Positions 8,460-12,016 of a stretch of 12,016 nucleotides of DNA are shown here, piece by piece. The translations under genes and the position numbers were made by a program. The notes below the pieces were generated by a model. That model saw nothing but the letters and a program-made list of their open reading frames with translations, did no database searches and was not told where the DNA came from. Source of the stretch: Octopus sinensis (taxonomy: Eukaryota); the NCBI RefSeq assembly GCF_006345805.1, contig NW_021826637.1, positions 1 to 12,016 of the forward strand, read 5' to 3'. How positions within the stretch are numbered: position 1 is the first letter of the stretch; the number at the start of each line of letters is the position of its first letter.

Positions 8460-8957
8460 GGCCCGTGTTTAGGGCAGTGGACTCGCGGTCGTAGTATTGC
8501 AGTTTCGATTCCCAGACCTGGCATTATGAGTGTTTATTGAGCGAAAACACCTAAAGGCCCCACGAGGTTCCGGTAGGGGGTTTGTGGCGAACCCTACTGT
8601 ACTCTTTCCCCAACAACATTCTCTTACCCTTTCTTCCTATTTCTGTTGTACTTGTATTTCAAAGAGCCAGCCTTGTCCCCCTCTGTGTCACGCTGAATCT
8701 CCCCAAGAACTACATTAAGGGTACGCGTGTCTGTGGAGTGCTCGGCCACTTGCACATTAGTAAATGAGCTGCGACGTCACTGGTGCCAAGCTGTATCAGC
8801 CTTTGCCTTTCCCTTGGATAACATCGGTGGCGTGGAGAGGGGAGGCTGGTATGTATGAGCGACTGCTGGTCTTCCATAAACAACCTTGCCCAGACTTGTG
8901 CCACCGAGGGTAACTTTCTAGGTGCAATCCCATGGTCATTCATGAACGAAGGGGGTC
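8460..8957 (+). mobile_element. tRNA-derived SINE of about 500 bp (octopus OK-like)
   Basis: tRNA-like head with decayed A-box (GGCCCGTGTTTAGGGCAGTGGACTCGCGGTC) and B-box (GTTTCGATTCCC), followed by a GC-richer body. Family name is from memory. Confidence 0.7.
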
Positions 8958-9117
8958 ACAAAACATGTATACACAACCGAAAGAGCTACTAATAGTTTCA
9001 TGCTATTATAATACTTGAGCAGACATATTTATAAAATACGCCATGTTATCTTAAAGCAATCTTTGAGGCCCTGTTAAGACCCATGACAGAAATCTCAAAA
9101 CTGGCACCTTCACGATG

Positions 9118-9175
9118 CACGCACACACAAGGACACATGCGCACAGACACACGCACAACCACACGCACAACCACA

Positions 9176-9224
<49 letters not shown>

Positions 9225-9325
9225 TACGCTCATAACACACGCAAACAATCCACTCACAGGTACACACCCATATACATAGGTTTGGTGCGGCAAGCAAAAT
9301 AAATAAATAAATAAATAAAATAAAG
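9118..9325. repeat. (CA)n and (AAAT)n microsatellites
   Basis: Direct reading; explains the VC-repeat ORFs 9046-9330 and 9051-9293. Confidence 0.95.
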
Positions 9326-9418
9326 CTCAAAACATGAGTATATGTATATTTGATATATCTGATGCTGCTTGAAAATTGTTAGCGCAAGAAACTGGACCCT
9401 TGGGTTTCCTGACGGACC

Positions 9419-9478
9419 GGTGCCCACGCAGTGGAGTTTGAAATCGGAACTCTGTGGGTGGGAAGCAAACTTCTTGTG
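9419..9478 (-). mobile_element. Head fragment of a CORE-like SINE
   Basis: GGTGCCCACGCAGTGGAGTTTGAAATCGGAACTCTGTGGGTGGGAAGCAAACTTCTT aligns with 10845-10900. Confidence 0.7.
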
Positions 9479-9486
9479 TATGTCTT

Positions 9487-9660
9487 TTGTGTTTGTAACT
9501 CCACCGCTTCACAACCGGTTTTGAATATTTTTTCTTTCTTTATTTCAAAGTGATCTAGCTGTTCGGCAAAAGATCGATAGAATAAATACGAGTCAAAAGA
9601 AAATGGTCATCAGGCTCGATTTGTTCGAGTCATCTTTTCAAAGCGGTGACCCGGCATTCT
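9487..9660 (+). mobile_element. 3' half of a CORE-like SINE, decayed
   Basis: GTTCGGCAAAAGATCGATAGAATAAATAC and AAAGCGGTGACCCGGCAT match the reverse complement of 10580-10690. Confidence 0.75.
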
Positions 9661-9743
9661 GACAAGGTGTCCACCTTATTTGTCATACAACTAGGGGTTA
9701 TTTTTTAATCCTATTGGTTAAAGAGTTTGGAATATTTGCACCC

Positions 9744-10498
9744 TATTTCGTCTGCCGCTACGTTCTGAGTTCAAATTCCGCCGAGGTCGACTTTGCCTTT
9801 CATCCTTTCGGGGTCAATTAAATAAATACCAGTTACGCACTGGGGTCGATATAATCGACTTAATCCGTTTGTCTGTCCTTGTTTGTCCCCTCTATGTTTA
9901 GCCCCTTGTGGGTAGTAAAGAAATAAGAAACGTTAGCACGCCGGACGAAATACTTAGCGGTATTTCGTCTGTCTTTCGGGGTCGATTAAATAAATACCAG
10001 TTACGCACTGGTGTCGGTATAATCGACTTAATCCGTTTGTCAGTCCTTGTTTGTCCCCTCGATGATTATCTCCTTATGGGTAGTAAAGAAATAAGAAACA
10101 TTGGCACGCCGAACGAAATACTTAGCGGTATTTCGTCTGTTAAGGCGGCGAGCTGGCAGAAACGTTAGCACGCCGGGCGAAATGCTTAGCGGTATTTCGT
10201 CTGCGTTACGTTGTGAGTTCAAATTCCGCCGAGGTCGACTTTGCGATAAATTAAGTACCAGTAATCGATTTAATACCTATGTCTGTCCTTGTTTGTACCC
10301 TCTGTGTTTAGCTCCTTGTGGATAATAAAGAAATAGGTATTTCGTCTGTCTTTACTTTCTGAGTTCAAATTCCGCCGAGGTCGACTTTGCCTTTCATCCT
10401 TTTGGGGTCGATAAATTAAGTACCAGTTGCGTACTGGAGTTGACTTAATCGACTGCCCCCTCCCCCGAAATTTTGGGCCGTGTGCCTAGAGTAGAAAA
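9744..10498 (+). mobile_element. 755-bp head-to-tail SINE multimer with 14-bp target-site duplication
   Basis: GAATATTTGCACCC at 9730-9743 and 10499-10512 flanks four core-containing modules of the same family as 6025-7162. Confidence 0.93.
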
Positions 10499-10542
10499 GA
10501 ATATTTGCACCCAGTTGGGTGGGAGTGGGATGGGAAACTTAT

Positions 10543-10924
10543 TCTTTTATTCTTTACTTGTTTCAGTTATTTGACTACAGCCATGCTGGAGCACCGCCTT
10601 AAAGAGTTTTAATCGGAGAAATCGGCCACAGAATTTATTCTTTGTAAGCCATCTACTTATTCTATCGATCTCTTTTGCCGAACCACTAATTGCGGGGACA
10701 TAAAAGCAGCAGCTTCGGTTGTCAAGCGATGGCTGGGGTACAAACACACACACATATACGACAGGCTTCTTTCAGTTTCCGTCTACCAAATCCACTCACA
10801 AGGCTTTGGTCGGCCCGAAGTTATTGCTGAAGACATTTGCCCCAGGTGCTACGCAGTTAGACTGAACTCAGAACCATGTTGTTGGGGTGCAAGCTTTTTA
10901 CCACACAGCTACGCTTGCGCCTTT
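10543..10924 (-). mobile_element. Full-length tRNA-derived CORE-like SINE (octopus OR-like)
   Basis: A-box TAGCTGTGTGG, B-box-like GAGTTCAGTC, CORE-like GCACCTGGGCAAATGTCTTC...GTGAGTGGATTTGGTAGACGGAAACTGAAAGAAGCC, a (TG)n linker and an (AAGAATA)n tail. Possible 5-bp TSD CTTAT at 10538-10542 and 10925-10929. Confidence 0.88.
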
Positions 10925-11314
10925 CTTATAATAAGATTTAAAAAATTACTGGAAAAGCTAGATTTTCTATGCAGTTTCCACGGCGGGTTAAATCATATTA
11001 TGATAAGAGTATGACATTTACTGCTTTTGATTTCTTTAGCTGGTTGTTGTTCAGAATCTGCGATGAATTTAGTATGTCTTTTAAAAGCAGTATTCTTCTA
11101 TGCTTTGTTATAGTTGTTTGTAGCTCGTGTAGATGTTGCTTATCTGAAAGTATATTGGTGATTTTTCACCTTTATGCTAATAAGATTCTTAAAATCGCTG
11201 GAGGGTTATTTCTTCGATGTGAATGTGCTTTTCATTTAGATTTCTGTACGGTTTGTGTTTACATATGTAGAGACCTAAAGTTAAAGTCTGGAAAGCTATT
11301 GCTATTTTTAAGTT

Positions 11315-11650
11315 TTACTTCTTTAAAATTACTAATTAAGTCTCTCCATATTTTGGCTAGATTGTATCTAATTATGTTGTTATTGATTGCTAAACCATCA
11401 TCTCTGTATTAGCCTATTACCTAATTTTAAGACTTACTTCTTTAAAATTAGTAATTAAGTCTCTTCATTTTTTCCTAGATTATATCTGGTTATGTTGTTA
11501 TTAATTGCTAAACCGTCATCTCTGTATTAGCCTGTATCTAATTTTATGACTTAAGTTCTTTAAAATAACTAATTAAGTTTTTTTCATATTTTGCCTAGAT
11601 TAATGTGATAATTGCTAAACCGTTATCTCTGCATTAGTCTATACCTAAGT
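11315..11650. repeat. Tandem triplication of about 118 bp inside the Penelope RT
   Basis: TTACTTCTTTAAAATTACTAATTAAG units start at 11315, 11434 and 11551. The third unit carries a small deletion. Confidence 0.92.
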
Positions 11651-12016
11651 TGTTAAAACTAGATTTAAGATTATTGAAATTAACAACCGTATAGAACACA
11701 CATTTTTACTTCTTCAAAGAGCCGCAAAATAAAATATAATGGATAACTGATATCTTATTTTAGAGACTCTTTAGAGTCTTTATTGAGAAACTGACTTTCT
11801 GGCAAGTACAATTAGATCAAAATCGTTAGCACTTATGTTACAATGTGTTATTCTGAATTCTGTTGATTCGGCAAGGAAAGTCTTGAGGACTAATGGGTAG
11901 AATTTGAACAAATCAAACCGTAGAATTTTACATCTTCTTTTATCATTATTGTTAGTAAACCAAAGAATTATAGCCTTATTATGTTGTTGTACTATGGTGA
12001 TGGCAGTATTTTAAAT

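Larger units (their letters stand above)
9672..12016 (-). mobile_element. Decayed Penelope-like element (RT and thumb region), interrupted by two SINE insertions and running off the window end
   Basis: In order on the minus strand: IILWFTNNNDKRRCKILRFDLFKFYP, LIVLARKS, GS..C...NNLKSSFNNLGI, G*YRDDGLA, TLGLYICKHKPYRNLNEK, NNPPAIL, YNKA*KNTAFK, II*FNPP, FLNLII. After removing the SINEs it continues SFPSH..CKYSKLFNQ*D*KITPSCMTN. These are characteristic PLE motifs (GLYRDDG, IIWFNPP, KIFN...SYSCM.N). Confidence 0.88.

Noticed and set aside
10969-11412. 147-aa plus-strand ORF
   Set aside because: It is antisense to the decayed Penelope RT.

Overview
Eukaryotic, AT-rich, repeat-saturated DNA with no identifiable intact protein-coding gene. 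The repeat families look like those I recall from octopus/coleoid cephalopod genomes; this assignment is an inference. Contents: (i) three decayed R4/Dong-like RLE non-LTR retrotransposon pieces on the minus strand (545-3296), each abutting AAT-type repeats. (ii) A 548-bp fold-back mariner element made of two transposase 3' ends, inserted at a TA in one of them. (iii) A decayed Penelope-like element (about 9672 to the window end, minus strand), split by two SINE insertions and carrying a triplicated RT active-site segment. (iv) Many tRNA-derived SINEs of three families, including a 755-bp SINE multimer bounded by a perfect 14-bp TSD and a mixed-orientation cluster at 6025-7162. (v) A 122/137-bp minisatellite, many microsatellites, and a degenerate hammerhead-like motif. 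Most ORFs in the supplied track are artefacts of microsatellites or SINEs. A few weak candidate exons are noted. All alignments and translations were done by hand, and family names come from recalled motifs, not database searches.
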